Source of the DNA: a virus | Lineage: Duplodnaviria; Caudoviricetes | Length of the DNA stretch: 57,709 nucleotides | Reading direction: 5' to 3' (one strand) | IMG/VR virus record: IMGVR_UViG_3300025392_000646 | Location: 1 to 57,709 of that record | Part shown: one piece after another, positions 9,835 to 19,356 of the stretch | How the letters are laid out: every line of letters begins with the position of its first letter | How positions within the stretch are numbered: position 1 is the stretch's first letter | Notes under the pieces: generated by a model | Database searches by the model: none | Told to the model about the DNA's origin: nothing | Seen by the model: only the letters and a program-made list of their open reading frames with translations | Position numbers and translations under genes: made by a program

Positions 9835-12528
9835 TTATCCGATGTATGCTACTGAAAAGTTATCGTTTCCATCAAATGTTACTGTTCCAGTTGTAACTAT
9901 TGCATATAAAGTATCTCCAACTGCCATTTTAGTAACAGAACTACCTCCAATGTGATTTACAGTTGTGTTTGCTGCCCACTCTAACATTATTTGTGTTGTA
10001 ATTGTACCACCACTATTTTTTCTTACAATAAGTTGTGCTGCTGGATTTGAATTACCGGAACATCTTGCTACAACATTAACTTGATATAATCCTGCTATTG
10101 GTGCTGTAAATGTACCAGTTGCTTGATTCCAACCACTACCTTGCGAATAGTCTGCATTCATACTACTACTAGCTATAATTGTTGGAGATGATATTGAATT
10201 ACCGGCTCCACTTACTCTAAATGCTGGTCTATTTTGCATTGTCAACGAACCACTAATAGTTAAATCACCATTATTAGTTAAAGTAAATAATGTACTACTA
10301 TATAAACTATTAATAATTTCTACACCACCTAAATTATTTAATCTAAATGTTTTATTACCATTTGTTGTTCCAGTATAGTTGTTTGATACTTTTAAGAAAT
10401 TCAAATAACCATTACCACCATTCATATCCGAACCACTTACCCAAATTGCAGGTAAAACAGATGCGGTAGGTTGATTGATAAATAATGCCCCACTTATGTA
10501 TGTAGAACCAGTTATTGTAGTTGTACCAATAGTAGTTAAAGAACCACTTATTATTGCAGAACCCGTATATGCTGTTAAAACTGCCGATGTACCAGATGTT
10601 CCTGATGTGCCGCTACTTCCCGAACTTCCTGATGTGCCACTACTTCCACTTGTTCCATTTACTCCCGATGTTCCATTTACTCCCGATGTTCCGTTTACTC
10701 CCGATGTTCCGTTTACTCCCGATGTACCCGATGTTCCAGAATTACCCGATGTACCAGACCCAGCCAATTCTATCATTTGCAATGTTGGACCATTTGCTTC
10801 TCCAAATTGGAATGTACCAGACATTGTTCCAGTTCTTAAAGTATATATGTGACTTCCAGCTGATGGTGTATCAATTACATTTACACAATATGGTATATTT
10901 AAATTTGCCCCACTTTGTTCTGCTTGGATTATGTTACCAATAGCTGAACCATCTCTATAAATTTGTAATCTAACCCAACCAGCACCTGATGTTGGATTTG
11001 CATCTCCAGTTGCAATTATTGATACAGGTTTTCCCGTTGTTGTTATTGAACCACTAACAAGAATTGTATTACTACTATTAACACCATTTACTTGAGCACC
11101 TAATACTTGAACATAATTTTGCGTTCCTGATGGTGTTATACCACTTGTTCCCGATGTGCCAGTCGAACCAGTTGTTCCCGAACTTCCTGTCGAACCACTA
11201 CTTCCAGATGTACCCGAACTTCCTGATGTGCCACTACTTCCGTTTACTCCCGATGTACCATTTTGTCCATTAACTCCAGAAGTTCCAGCACTACCATTTG
11301 TACCACTAACTCCAGATGTGCCTGCAGTTCCACCACTTCCTGATGTACCACTACTTCCTGATGTGCCGGCCGAACCAGATGAACCTATTGAACCATCTTT
11401 ACCAGAAGTTCCTGATGTACCACTTGCCCCAGTTATTCCACTACTTCCTGATGAGCCATCACTACCACTTGTACCGCTACTTCCAGATGAACCGGCCACT
11501 CCAGTTGCATTATTTAATGAAACAGTCCATTGAGAATATGTACCACTACCAGTTACAGTTACAGGCGGACCTATTGTTAATAAACCAGTTATTTTATCAT
11601 AAGATGCTACTGAACATATTTGATGATTGTATATATCATATGCTATTATTATATCTTGTCCAATTGAGTATGATAAATCCGTTCCAATATATAATGATGT
11701 AGATACTCCTAATTGAAATGAAGTTGTTGATGTTGTTGTATATAAATCTCCAGTAAGTCCAGAAGTTCCACTACTGCCAGATGTGCCACTACTACCACTA
11801 GTCCCAGAAGTTGCGGATGTGCCACTACTTCCAGATGTTCCAGAAGTACCTTCGCTTCCTGTTGTACCACTACTCCCGCTTAAACCCGATGTTCCACTAC
11901 TTCCTGATGTGCCGCTTGTTCCAGATGTTGCGGATGTACCCGATGTACCACTGCTTCCATCAGCTCCTACTAAATCATTTACAGGTATCCAATTTGTTCC
12001 GTTTGTATCTTCGTATTGAATATATAAAGTTCCTTCATTATCGTTAAACCAAAACTTCCCGTTTGTTCCAGTTGTTGGTGCCGTTTCTGCAATATAAACT
12101 GCTGCGTATTGTGCCGAAGTTCCATCAGTACCATTTGTTCCAGAAGAACCCGATGTACCAGCAGAACCAGTTGAACCATCAGTTCCCGATGTACCAGAAG
12201 TTGCTGATGTGCCCGATGTACCACTTGTTGCAGAAGTTCCAGAAGTTCCTGATGAACCACTGCTACCCGATGTTCCGCTTGTTCCAGAAGTTCCCGATGT
12301 ACCATGAGCTCCTCTAAATCCACTACTACCACTACTACCACTTTTACCGGAAGTTCCTGATGACCCCGATGAACCATATCCACTTGTGCCACTACTTCCA
12401 GATGAGCCAGCAGTTCCCGATGTACCATTTGGGTCACCTTGAATACCTTGAGCACCTTGAATACCCCCAGATGATATTTTCAAATGTGTGTTTGGATGAA
12501 TTATTGTAATATTATGTTCGCAGCTCAT
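9835..12528 (-). CDS. Gly-X-X (Ser/Thr) repeat fibre protein with C-terminal C1q/TNF-like domain (897 aa)
   Basis: Long GTS/GSS triplet tracts; C-terminal RPAFRV...WNQATGTFTAPIAGLYQV...MAVGDTLY...FSVAYIG is a C1q-like head. Confidence 0.8.
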   Translation of the reverse strand: MSCEHNITIIHPNTHLKISSGGIQGAQGIQGDPNGTSGTAGSSGSSGTSGYGSSGSSGTSGKSGSSGSSGFRGAHGTSGTSGTSGTSGSSGSSGTSGTSATSGTSGTSATSGTSGTDGSTGSAGTSGSSGTNGTDGTSAQYAAVYIAETAPTTGTNGKFWFNDNEGTLYIQYEDTNGTNWIPVNDLVGADGSSGTSGTSATSGTSGTSGSSGTSGLSGSSGTTGSEGTSGTSGSSGTSATSGTSGSSGTSGSSGTSGLTGDLYTTTSTTSFQLGVSTSLYIGTDLSYSIGQDIIIAYDIYNHQICSVASYDKITGLLTIGPPVTVTGSGTYSQWTVSLNNATGVAGSSGSSGTSGSDGSSGSSGITGASGTSGTSGKDGSIGSSGSAGTSGSSGTSGSGGTAGTSGVSGTNGSAGTSGVNGQNGTSGVNGSSGTSGSSGTSGSSGSTGSSGTTGSTGTSGTSGITPSGTQNYVQVLGAQVNGVNSSNTILVSGSITTTGKPVSIIATGDANPTSGAGWVRLQIYRDGSAIGNIIQAEQSGANLNIPYCVNVIDTPSAGSHIYTLRTGTMSGTFQFGEANGPTLQMIELAGSGTSGNSGTSGTSGVNGTSGVNGTSGVNGTSGVNGTSGSSGTSGSSGSSGTSGTSGTSAVLTAYTGSAIISGSLTTIGTTTITGSTYISGALFINQPTASVLPAIWVSGSDMNGGNGYLNFLKVSNNYTGTTNGNKTFRLNNLGGVEIINSLYSSTLFTLTNNGDLTISGSLTMQNRPAFRVSGAGNSISSPTIIASSSMNADYSQGSGWNQATGTFTAPIAGLYQVNVVARCSGNSNPAAQLIVRKNSGGTITTQIMLEWAANTTVNHIGGSSVTKMAVGDTLYAIVTTGTVTFDGNDNFSVAYIG
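10585..12430 (-). repeat. Coding 9-nt-period Gly-X-X repeat tracts (897-aa fibre)
   Basis: Tracts at about 10585-10770, 11130-11500, 11755-11965 and 12115-12430; includes a 4x 18-bp tandem unit TGTTCCRTTTACTCCCGA at 10651-10722. Confidence 0.9.
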
Positions 12529-12546
12529 TCTTTATTTTATATTTTA

Positions 12547-15500
12547 TTACGCATGTTGTGTTATTACTACACTTATCGATGGTGTTATTGGAGTTGTTGG
12601 TGTTGTACCTGCTGCGTTAAATGGTAACGATGCATTGGTATCTTCTAATTGATACATTATTTCAAAATGTGAACCCGATGTTATGTATAATAAATTATTC
12701 TTTGTTATTACTCTTATTAAGTTACTATCTATTGTAAATATATTATTACTAAATGGCACGTCCGCACTATCTTTTCTTAACCATATATTTCCTTGTGAAT
12801 TTCCGAGATTTGTTTTTGTAACTTGTGCAGTATATTGAATATTATACCATCCAGTTGTATTTGTTGTAATATTACTTCTAGCACTACTACCAGATGCAAC
12901 AATACTAAATGCTCCACTATTACTATCAATTGTACTAAATTGTGCAGGGTATGCGGTTGTTGTACTTGCTGCCGTTTGAGATGCCGTATGATACATCATT
13001 GCGTAGTTAAATTGCTTACTACCATTTAAATAAACACCATCTGATAAATTCAATGAACCAGTCACCGTCAATGAACCACTTATTACAGCAGAACCAGTAT
13101 ATGCAGTTAGTATTGCTGATGTACCAGAAGTGCCAGCCGTTCCACCACTACCAGCTGTGCCGTTTGTGCCTGATGTGCCACTACTTCCGCTTGAGCCGCT
13201 TGAACCAGAAGAGCCTGATGTACCACCACTTCCACTACTTCCGCTTGTACCAGAAGTTCCTGATGTTCCACTACTTCCTGCTGTACCTGATGTGCCAGAA
13301 GTTCCTGATGTGCCACTACTTCCGCTTGTGCCAGAAGTTCCCGATGTACCTCCACTACCTGCGGTGCCTCTAGTCCCAGAAGTTCCTGATGTTCCGTTTG
13401 TTGCATCTAAACCATTTGTACCATTTGCTCCCGATGTACCACTACTTCCACCACTACCTGCTGTCCCATTTGTTCCCGATGTGCCACTACTTCCACCACT
13501 TCCAGCAGTACCACGTGTTCCCGATGAGCCACTTGTGCCAGATGAACCTGATGTACCATTACCACCCGCTGCTCCATTTAAATTTATTGTCCAACTACTA
13601 TATGTACCACTTCCCATTGTTTCGGAAGGAGTACCAAATGTTAATAAACCATTTCCACTATTGTAAGATATGATTGAAGATATTTGGTGATTATTTACAT
13701 CATATGCTATTAATATATCTTGTGCCGTTGTGTATGATAATCCCGTTTGTACCGTTATACTTCCCGCAACTCCTAATGTAAATGATGTTGTTGATGTACC
13801 TTGGTATTTACTTCCATCATATCCAGAAGTTCCTGAAGTACCCCCACTTCCTGCTGTGCCATTTGTACCACCACTTCCCGCAGTTCCGTTTGTCCCTGAT
13901 GTGCCACTACTTCCGCTCGTACCACTACTTCCCGATGAACCATTTACTCCACCACTACCAGCAGTTCCGTTTGTACCTGATGTGCCACTACTTCCGCTTG
14001 TGCCAGAAGTTCCTGATGAGCCACCACTGCCAGCAGTACCTCTAGTTCCAGAAGTTCCCGATGTGCCACTACTTCCACCACTACCATTTGTACCATCTAA
14101 TCCGTTTGTACCATTTGCACCACCACTTCCACTTGTACCGGATGAGCCGCTTGTGCCAGAAGTTCCTGATGAACCACCGCTTCCTGCGGTGCCATTTGTT
14201 CCTGATGTGCCAGAAGTTCCTGATGTGCCGCTTGTACCTGATGTACCTGCTGAGCCACCACTACCGGCTGTACCGTTTGTTCCAGAAGTTCCTGATGAGC
14301 CGCTTGTGCCAGAAGTTCCCGATGAACCACCGCTTCCTGCTGTGCCATTCGTTCCAGAAGTTCCTGATGTGCCGCTTGTACCTGATGAGCCGCTTGTGCC
14401 AGAAGTTCCTGATGAACCACCACTACCTGCGGTGCCTCTAGTCCCAGAAGTTCCTGATGAGCCACTTGTGCCAGAAGTTCCCGATGAACCACCGCTTCCT
14501 GCTGTGCCATTTGTACCTCCTGAACCAGACGTACCATCACCACCACTTGCTCCTGCTAAGTTTACATTCCAAGAAGAATATGTACCACTTCCTACCGTTG
14601 TTGTTGGTGGACCTACTACTAATGCTCCAGTTGCAGGATTATAACTAACTACCAAAGATGTTTGATAATTAGAACCATTAAATGATATTAATACAGATTG
14701 TGCAACCGAATATGCTAATCCAGTTCCTATTGTTAAAGTTGTTGATGAACCTAATGTGAATGAAGATGATGATGTTGTTTTATATCTGTCTGAAACTCCG
14801 CTTGTACCATTTGTTCCAGAAGTTCCTGAGGTGCCGCTTGTGCCAGAAGTTCCCGATGAACCACCGCTTCCTGCGGTGCCATTTGTTCCTGATGTGCCAG
14901 AAGTTCCTGATGTACCACCACTTCCGCTTGTACCTGATGTACCTGCTGAGCCACCACTACCGGCTGTACCATTTGTTCCAGAAGTTCCTGAGGTGCCGCT
15001 TGTACCAGAAGTTCCTGATGAACCCCCACTTCCTGCGGTGCCATTTGTTCCTGATGTGCCAGAAGTTCCTGATGTGCCACCACTTCCGCTTGTACCTGAT
15101 GTACCACCACTTCCGCTTGTGCCAGATGAACCACTACTTCCCGATGTACCACTTGTTCCAGAAGTTCCTGATGTGCCAGCCGTTCCAGAAGTTTGTGTTG
15201 TGTAAGGTGCTCCGTTTATATAAAATTCACCATTTACAAATACTTCCGAACCACTTACTTCCATTGGTATAATTGTACCATCGTTACCACTAAAGAATTG
15301 TAATTTAACATCTCCTCTAGTAACATTACCAATTAAAAAGTTTTTACCAGTTGTATATAAATAAGCATCTGATTCTTGTCCTAAGTATGTATTATATCTA
15401 CTACTATTAATACCCAAGTCCACATATGCTCCAATATCATTTGTTGCAACCAAATCTGAAGATGCTGCGTTAAGATTACTTTTGTTTTGTATATTAAGTT

Positions 15501-15795
15501 GAAGATATCCTTGTAAATTACCACCACCAGAAATAACATCCACAGTTGATGAAGTTACAAATAAAGTTCCTTCAATTTTTTGGTTTCCAGTGAAATCATT
15601 ACCACCAACCAATACTGCATAAGAACCAGTATCTAAATAGTTGTAGTATCCCAAGTCTAGCCATGCTGTTACACCATCACCTATTTTAATGTTGTTGGTG
15701 TCCATTTCAAGACCTAATTCACCTTGAGATAGTTTTGGGTTTACCGATTCCCAGTTTACTTTAATATCCCTTCTTAATTGTATTTTACTTGCCAT
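12547..15795 (-). CDS. Gly-X-X (Ser/Thr) repeat fibre protein with Mtd_N-like N-terminus (1082 aa)
   Basis: KIQLRRD...WESVNPKLSQGELGLEMDTNNIKIGDGVTAWLDLGY matches the major-tropism-determinant/hyaluronidase N-terminal domain; several hundred residues of G-X-X repeats; C-terminal BclA/C1q-like region (TGWYNIQYTAQV). Confidence 0.8.
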   Translation of the reverse strand: MASKIQLRRDIKVNWESVNPKLSQGELGLEMDTNNIKIGDGVTAWLDLGYYNYLDTGSYAVLVGGNDFTGNQKIEGTLFVTSSTVDVISGGGNLQGYLQLNIQNKSNLNAASSDLVATNDIGAYVDLGINSSRYNTYLGQESDAYLYTTGKNFLIGNVTRGDVKLQFFSGNDGTIIPMEVSGSEVFVNGEFYINGAPYTTQTSGTAGTSGTSGTSGTSGSSGSSGTSGSGGTSGTSGSGGTSGTSGTSGTNGTAGSGGSSGTSGTSGTSGTSGTNGTAGSGGSAGTSGTSGSGGTSGTSGTSGTNGTAGSGGSSGTSGTSGTSGTSGTNGTSGVSDRYKTTSSSSFTLGSSTTLTIGTGLAYSVAQSVLISFNGSNYQTSLVVSYNPATGALVVGPPTTTVGSGTYSSWNVNLAGASGGDGTSGSGGTNGTAGSGGSSGTSGTSGSSGTSGTRGTAGSGGSSGTSGTSGSSGTSGTSGTSGTNGTAGSGGSSGTSGTSGSSGTSGTNGTAGSGGSAGTSGTSGTSGTSGTSGTNGTAGSGGSSGTSGTSGSSGTSGSGGANGTNGLDGTNGSGGSSGTSGTSGTRGTAGSGGSSGTSGTSGSSGTSGTNGTAGSGGVNGSSGSSGTSGSSGTSGTNGTAGSGGTNGTAGSGGTSGTSGYDGSKYQGTSTTSFTLGVAGSITVQTGLSYTTAQDILIAYDVNNHQISSIISYNSGNGLLTFGTPSETMGSGTYSSWTINLNGAAGGNGTSGSSGTSGSSGTRGTAGSGGSSGTSGTNGTAGSGGSSGTSGANGTNGLDATNGTSGTSGTRGTAGSGGTSGTSGTSGSSGTSGTSGTSGTAGSSGTSGTSGTSGSSGSGGTSGSSGSSGSSGSSGTSGTNGTAGSGGTAGTSGTSAILTAYTGSAVISGSLTVTGSLNLSDGVYLNGSKQFNYAMMYHTASQTAASTTTAYPAQFSTIDSNSGAFSIVASGSSARSNITTNTTGWYNIQYTAQVTKTNLGNSQGNIWLRKDSADVPFSNNIFTIDSNLIRVITKNNLLYITSGSHFEIMYQLEDTNASLPFNAAGTTPTTPITPSISVVITQHA
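13115..15192 (-). repeat. Coding 9-nt-period Gly-X-X repeat tracts (1082-aa fibre)
   Basis: Tracts at about 13115-13565, 13815-14548 and 14795-15192; near-identical block with 162-bp period (14816 vs 14978). Confidence 0.9.
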
Positions 15796-15812
15796 TGTTA
15801 ATCCTATTTATT

Positions 15813-17381
15813 TTAAGCGCCTCCGCCATTTAATACTTCTGATACTGATAAATATACCGATGCTGCAGCTCCACCATCTAAATTATTTGCTCCACTTTGT
15901 TTTCCTATTCTACCACTTACACTATCCCAAACTAATACTTGAGTTGCTGTATTGTTTGTTGGTATGTTTGGAACTATTAAACCATCCGTATCTATTATTG
16001 CTGATGTTTGAATTGTTGTACTTCCGATTGGTGTTGTTTGAAACCTCAATCTAGTTCCTGCTGCCGTTGATGTAAAATCTTCAGCTGCTTCTAAATTAAT
16101 TCTAGCAATACTTCCTGCAAATGCGTTAGAGTTTGTCCAACCTTGTCCAGTAAATCTTAATAAAGTATCTCCCCCTTTTGTTTGTAATGGAGTATCAACA
16201 GTACCTCTTGCTGTTCTACCCGCATACACACTATAAGAACCCGTACCAAATGTATCAATACTAACACGACCAGGTTGATTATCCTGTGCTGTCATTTGTA
16301 GTAATGAACCACTAAAGTTTCTTGGTTGTTGATTGCCTGATTTAGAACCAATTATATTAAGTGCTGATTGAGTTCCTAATATTGTTTTTGGTGTGTATAT
16401 TGTTGTTAAACCATCTCTATTTACCGAAAATGAACCAGTTCCTAAAGTACTATTAACTTGGATAGGTCTATTAAATATTACATTACCAGTAGCTTGGGTA
16501 GTACCTATAACGATATCTCTATTAGGGTCTTTAATTTTAATTTGATTATCTTTCAAAGTAAATTCACCTATTTGCATTCCCGCTGCCCCATCAACTACAA
16601 AATCACCATCTCTAGCTGTCATTCTTAAATCTATACCCAAAGTTTCATCCTGCATATAGATTGAACCACTACCTACCCATACTTCTTTCCATCTACGAGT
16701 TGGCAAGCCTAATTTGTTTGTTGTATTTGTTAGAGGAACTACATTTGTATTAATAATTGTATCTCCTAATGCCGTAGAGTTTAAGAATATATCAGTTCCA
16801 GTTGGCGTTTGAATTGTTAATGCCGGCTTTACTAATGGTCTTAATAATTGGAAGTTAGAACCTGTTAGAGGTAGGATTTGTAATAATCCAGTCAAATCTA
16901 AATTCACAACTACTATATCAGTAAATCCACTACCACCTTTAGCTTGAACTGTTGATGGTATAATAGATGTACCTGCTAATATATCATTTACTTCAATTGA
17001 TGTTACAGGTAGTGTAGTTGCTCCTAAACGGAATGCTGTCCAAGGTGCAGGTACTCCGTTTGAAATATTGTATGTACCAATAGTTAAATTATCAATTGAA
17101 CTACTACTATAATTTACAATTTCTAAAAGAGTATAGTTTGTAATAAATGCTTCGATTGCTGTTTGGGAATTAATAAAACTACCAGTTGCAAAATCAAGTC
17201 TATCTGATATTTGTACACTACCACTTAGAAATTGATTACCTATAAAATGATTATCACCATGCAAAACTGCATATCCACTTAAATCCTGCATTCCACCTTG
17301 AGGACCTGATGTAGATATTTTTACATTAGTATATTCATTGGTTATATGAATACGATTATCTTTATCTTTGTAAAAATTCAT
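15813..17381 (-). CDS. Tail fibre-like structural protein (522 aa)
   Basis: KLGLPTRRWKEVWV fibre motif; ARGTVDTP...GDTLLRFTGQG...GTRLRFQTT repeat seen in phage fibres; N-terminal KISTSGPQG. Confidence 0.6.
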   Translation of the reverse strand: MNFYKDKDNRIHITNEYTNVKISTSGPQGGMQDLSGYAVLHGDNHFIGNQFLSGSVQISDRLDFATGSFINSQTAIEAFITNYTLLEIVNYSSSSIDNLTIGTYNISNGVPAPWTAFRLGATTLPVTSIEVNDILAGTSIIPSTVQAKGGSGFTDIVVVNLDLTGLLQILPLTGSNFQLLRPLVKPALTIQTPTGTDIFLNSTALGDTIINTNVVPLTNTTNKLGLPTRRWKEVWVGSGSIYMQDETLGIDLRMTARDGDFVVDGAAGMQIGEFTLKDNQIKIKDPNRDIVIGTTQATGNVIFNRPIQVNSTLGTGSFSVNRDGLTTIYTPKTILGTQSALNIIGSKSGNQQPRNFSGSLLQMTAQDNQPGRVSIDTFGTGSYSVYAGRTARGTVDTPLQTKGGDTLLRFTGQGWTNSNAFAGSIARINLEAAEDFTSTAAGTRLRFQTTPIGSTTIQTSAIIDTDGLIVPNIPTNNTATQVLVWDSVSGRIGKQSGANNLDGGAAASVYLSVSEVLNGGGA

Positions 17382-17384
17382 ATT

Positions 17385-17765
17385 TTATCGTGTCACATTT
17401 TTTGAAAGATTTACATATCCTTCCATTAATCTTGTAACATAATCTCCACTTACTAATTCTAAATCATAAACCGCTTTATCAAAATTCAAAAGAGATGATG
17501 AATATGCGGATATATAAACACCAATTGCTCCAGATGTAAATGGTAACAACCCATTACCTCCTCTTAAATTGATACCAGTCTTATCCGGTTGTAAATCCGA
17601 TGTAAGGGATATATATACCTCATCTGATTGTACTTGAGGTCTTATTTGCATTCTTGCTGAATATCCTGTTAAATCAATAGCAGAACCACTATTATCGGTC
17701 CAATCAATTTGAAAATCTAAAGTTGCTCCCTGCTCAATTACAAATGAGTATTTTGCTGCTGCCAT
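17385..17765 (-). CDS. BppU-like fibre adaptor/structural protein (126 aa)
   Basis: IEQGATLDFQIDW......IDLTGYSARMQIR...AVYDLELVSG..VTRLMEG.V.LSKNVTR, a widespread Ig-like virion adaptor motif. Confidence 0.65.
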   Translation of the reverse strand: MAAAKYSFVIEQGATLDFQIDWTDNSGSAIDLTGYSARMQIRPQVQSDEVYISLTSDLQPDKTGINLRGGNGLLPFTSGAIGVYISAYSSSLLNFDKAVYDLELVSGDYVTRLMEGYVNLSKNVTR

Positions 17766-17787
17766 ATAAAAATCGGTTTAATACTCT

Positions 17788-17796
17788 TATAAATAT
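17788..17796 (-). promoter_or_regulatory. Putative late promoter motif (fibre cluster)
   Basis: Exact motif just downstream of the terminator at 17821-17854. Confidence 0.6.
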
Positions 17797-17820
17797 TAAA
17801 TAGTTGGAAAGGGGTAAAAA

Positions 17821-17854
17821 TAAAAAGGTAGATGAGAATTACCCACCTACCTTT
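17821..17854 (-). terminator. Intrinsic terminator after 17877-18311
   Basis: Minus strand GGTAGGTGGG-TAATT-CTCATCTACC-TTTTT; the G-U pairs form only on the minus strand. Confidence 0.75.
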
Positions 17855-17876
17855 AATATATTATATGTAATTTATA

Positions 17877-18311
17877 TTAGATTACTTGAGCCCAACCACC
17901 ATTTGTATTAGTTCCATTATAGAAATACAAATGAGAACCACTTTGAATTAATGAACCAGTCACTGCTGTTCCAGCTGCTGCTAAACCACTTGCAGCTGCA
18001 TATCCAAATATAGGACCAGATGTACCAAACTTAACATATCCTTGTGTTGCATCTTGTTGTCCTCTAATACCAACTGTGTTTGATACGTTTACATCTCCCA
18101 TTGTTGCATCATCTCCAATTTTGAAACTATTACCATTTCCATTTTGAGTTGCGTAGAATGAAGATGCAGTTACTTGATTGAATACTGCATTTAAAGTACC
18201 ATTTGTTAATGATGAATCGTTAGTTATTCTACTATCAATATACGATTGTAATGTAGTTCCAGCTGGAAGTGTTACCGTATTTGATGTTTGTGTTATGAAA
18301 TTATCTGCCAT
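17877..18311 (-). CDS. Virion structural protein, paralog of 18351-19049
   Basis: C-terminus GYVKFGTSGPIFG...AVTGSLIQSGSHLYFYNG....GW aligns by eye with the neighbour. Confidence 0.55.
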   Translation of the reverse strand: MADNFITQTSNTVTLPAGTTLQSYIDSRITNDSSLTNGTLNAVFNQVTASSFYATQNGNGNSFKIGDDATMGDVNVSNTVGIRGQQDATQGYVKFGTSGPIFGYAAASGLAAAGTAVTGSLIQSGSHLYFYNGTNTNGGWAQVI

Positions 18312-18350
18312 TTTATTTTAATTTTATTTTTTCTATTTTTAATTTATAAC

Positions 18351-19049
18351 TTATATTATTGCTGTCCAACCATTATTAGAAGCTGCTCCATTATAGAACA
18401 TTAATTTTGATGAACTTACTATTAATGAACCAGTCACAGCGTACTGTCCATCTCCAGGTGCTGGTAAAGTTGAGTTATTACCATTATGCCCAATTACAGG
18501 TCCATTAACTCCAAATTGGAAAAACCCTCTATATTGTTGTTGTTGACCTACTACATTAAATCCATTTGCTAAATTAGAATCTTTAATATATGCATCATCT
18601 CCAGAAACTAAAATTAAACCATTTGTTTGATTAGTTCCAAATGTAGATGCTTGCACAGTATTAACAATTGGAGATAAAGTACCGTCTCCTAAATGAGAAG
18701 TATCCACATTCACTGCTATTCTAGCGTCAACTACCGAACCTAATGTTTTATCAGCAGGGATTAAAATTGGTGTTGTATATTGATATACAAAGTTAGCATC
18801 ATTTCTATTAATAGCTTTTGATGCACTTCCTGCATTATAAAAATCAGGATTAAATACCGATGCTGTTGGAGTTACATTACTTAAAGTTGTTTGCTCACTA
18901 TATGTAAAATTTGCTCTTATAGTTGCCGGATATGCGGTTTCATATGCATCTTGTGATGATGAACCGGCATTTAAACAAGCTTGTAAGATTTGATTTGAAC
19001 CAGAACCAGCTGCTACAAAGCGCTGATATAACGAAAAGCTTCCTGCCAT
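18351..19049 (-). CDS. Virion structural protein, paralog of 17877-18311
   Basis: C-terminus GFFQFGVNGPVIG...AVTGSLIVSSSKLMFYNG...NGW; preceded by a late-promoter-like motif at 19090. Confidence 0.55.
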   Translation of the reverse strand: MAGSFSLYQRFVAAGSGSNQILQACLNAGSSSQDAYETAYPATIRANFTYSEQTTLSNVTPTASVFNPDFYNAGSASKAINRNDANFVYQYTTPILIPADKTLGSVVDARIAVNVDTSHLGDGTLSPIVNTVQASTFGTNQTNGLILVSGDDAYIKDSNLANGFNVVGQQQQYRGFFQFGVNGPVIGHNGNNSTLPAPGDGQYAVTGSLIVSSSKLMFYNGAASNNGWTAII

Positions 19050-19121
19050 TTTTTATTTAATTTGAAATTTTATTTTATAACTTAACAAACATAAATATTA
19101 ACAATCTTTCAAAAATATTAT

Positions 19122-19352
19122 TTATTGTTGTACATTTCCTGCTGCCACACTATAATCCCAAGTATCTAATTCTTGAGAAGGATAACCTCTTTCCGAAACT
19201 TCTATTACATCACCATTACTATTAATTCTAGTTGTTGTTACAATTGGCATTTCAGTTCCTAAAAAGTTCTCAGGTTTACCTGCTGGGTACAAATCCTCAT
19301 AAGTTTGAAGATTTGGAAGGCCTGTTTCCGGATTTATTTTTGGATATCCCAT
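19122..19352 (-). CDS. Small hypothetical protein, paralog of 19357-19632
   Basis: PIVTTTRINSNGDVIEVSERGY is shared with the neighbour. Confidence 0.5.
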   Translation of the reverse strand: MGYPKINPETGLPNLQTYEDLYPAGKPENFLGTEMPIVTTTRINSNGDVIEVSERGYPSQELDTWDYSVAAGNVQQ

Positions 19353-19356
19353 AATA

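Noticed and set aside
10585-15192. Repeat arrays as possible CRISPR
   Set aside because: In-frame coding repeats with 9-nt period and no constant repeat/unique spacer structure; no cas genes.
10475-15272. Pro/Val-rich plus-strand ORFs (PDVPEVP...) and alternate-frame ORFs over the repeat genes
   Set aside because: Shadow frames of the Gly-Thr-Ser repeats, which contain few stop codons in other frames; no start context or promoter.
15650-15795. Mtd_N-like domain suggesting a diversity-generating retroelement
   Set aside because: No reverse transcriptase and no template/variable repeat pair with adenine-specific mismatches seen in the window; this anchor domain is common without a DGR.
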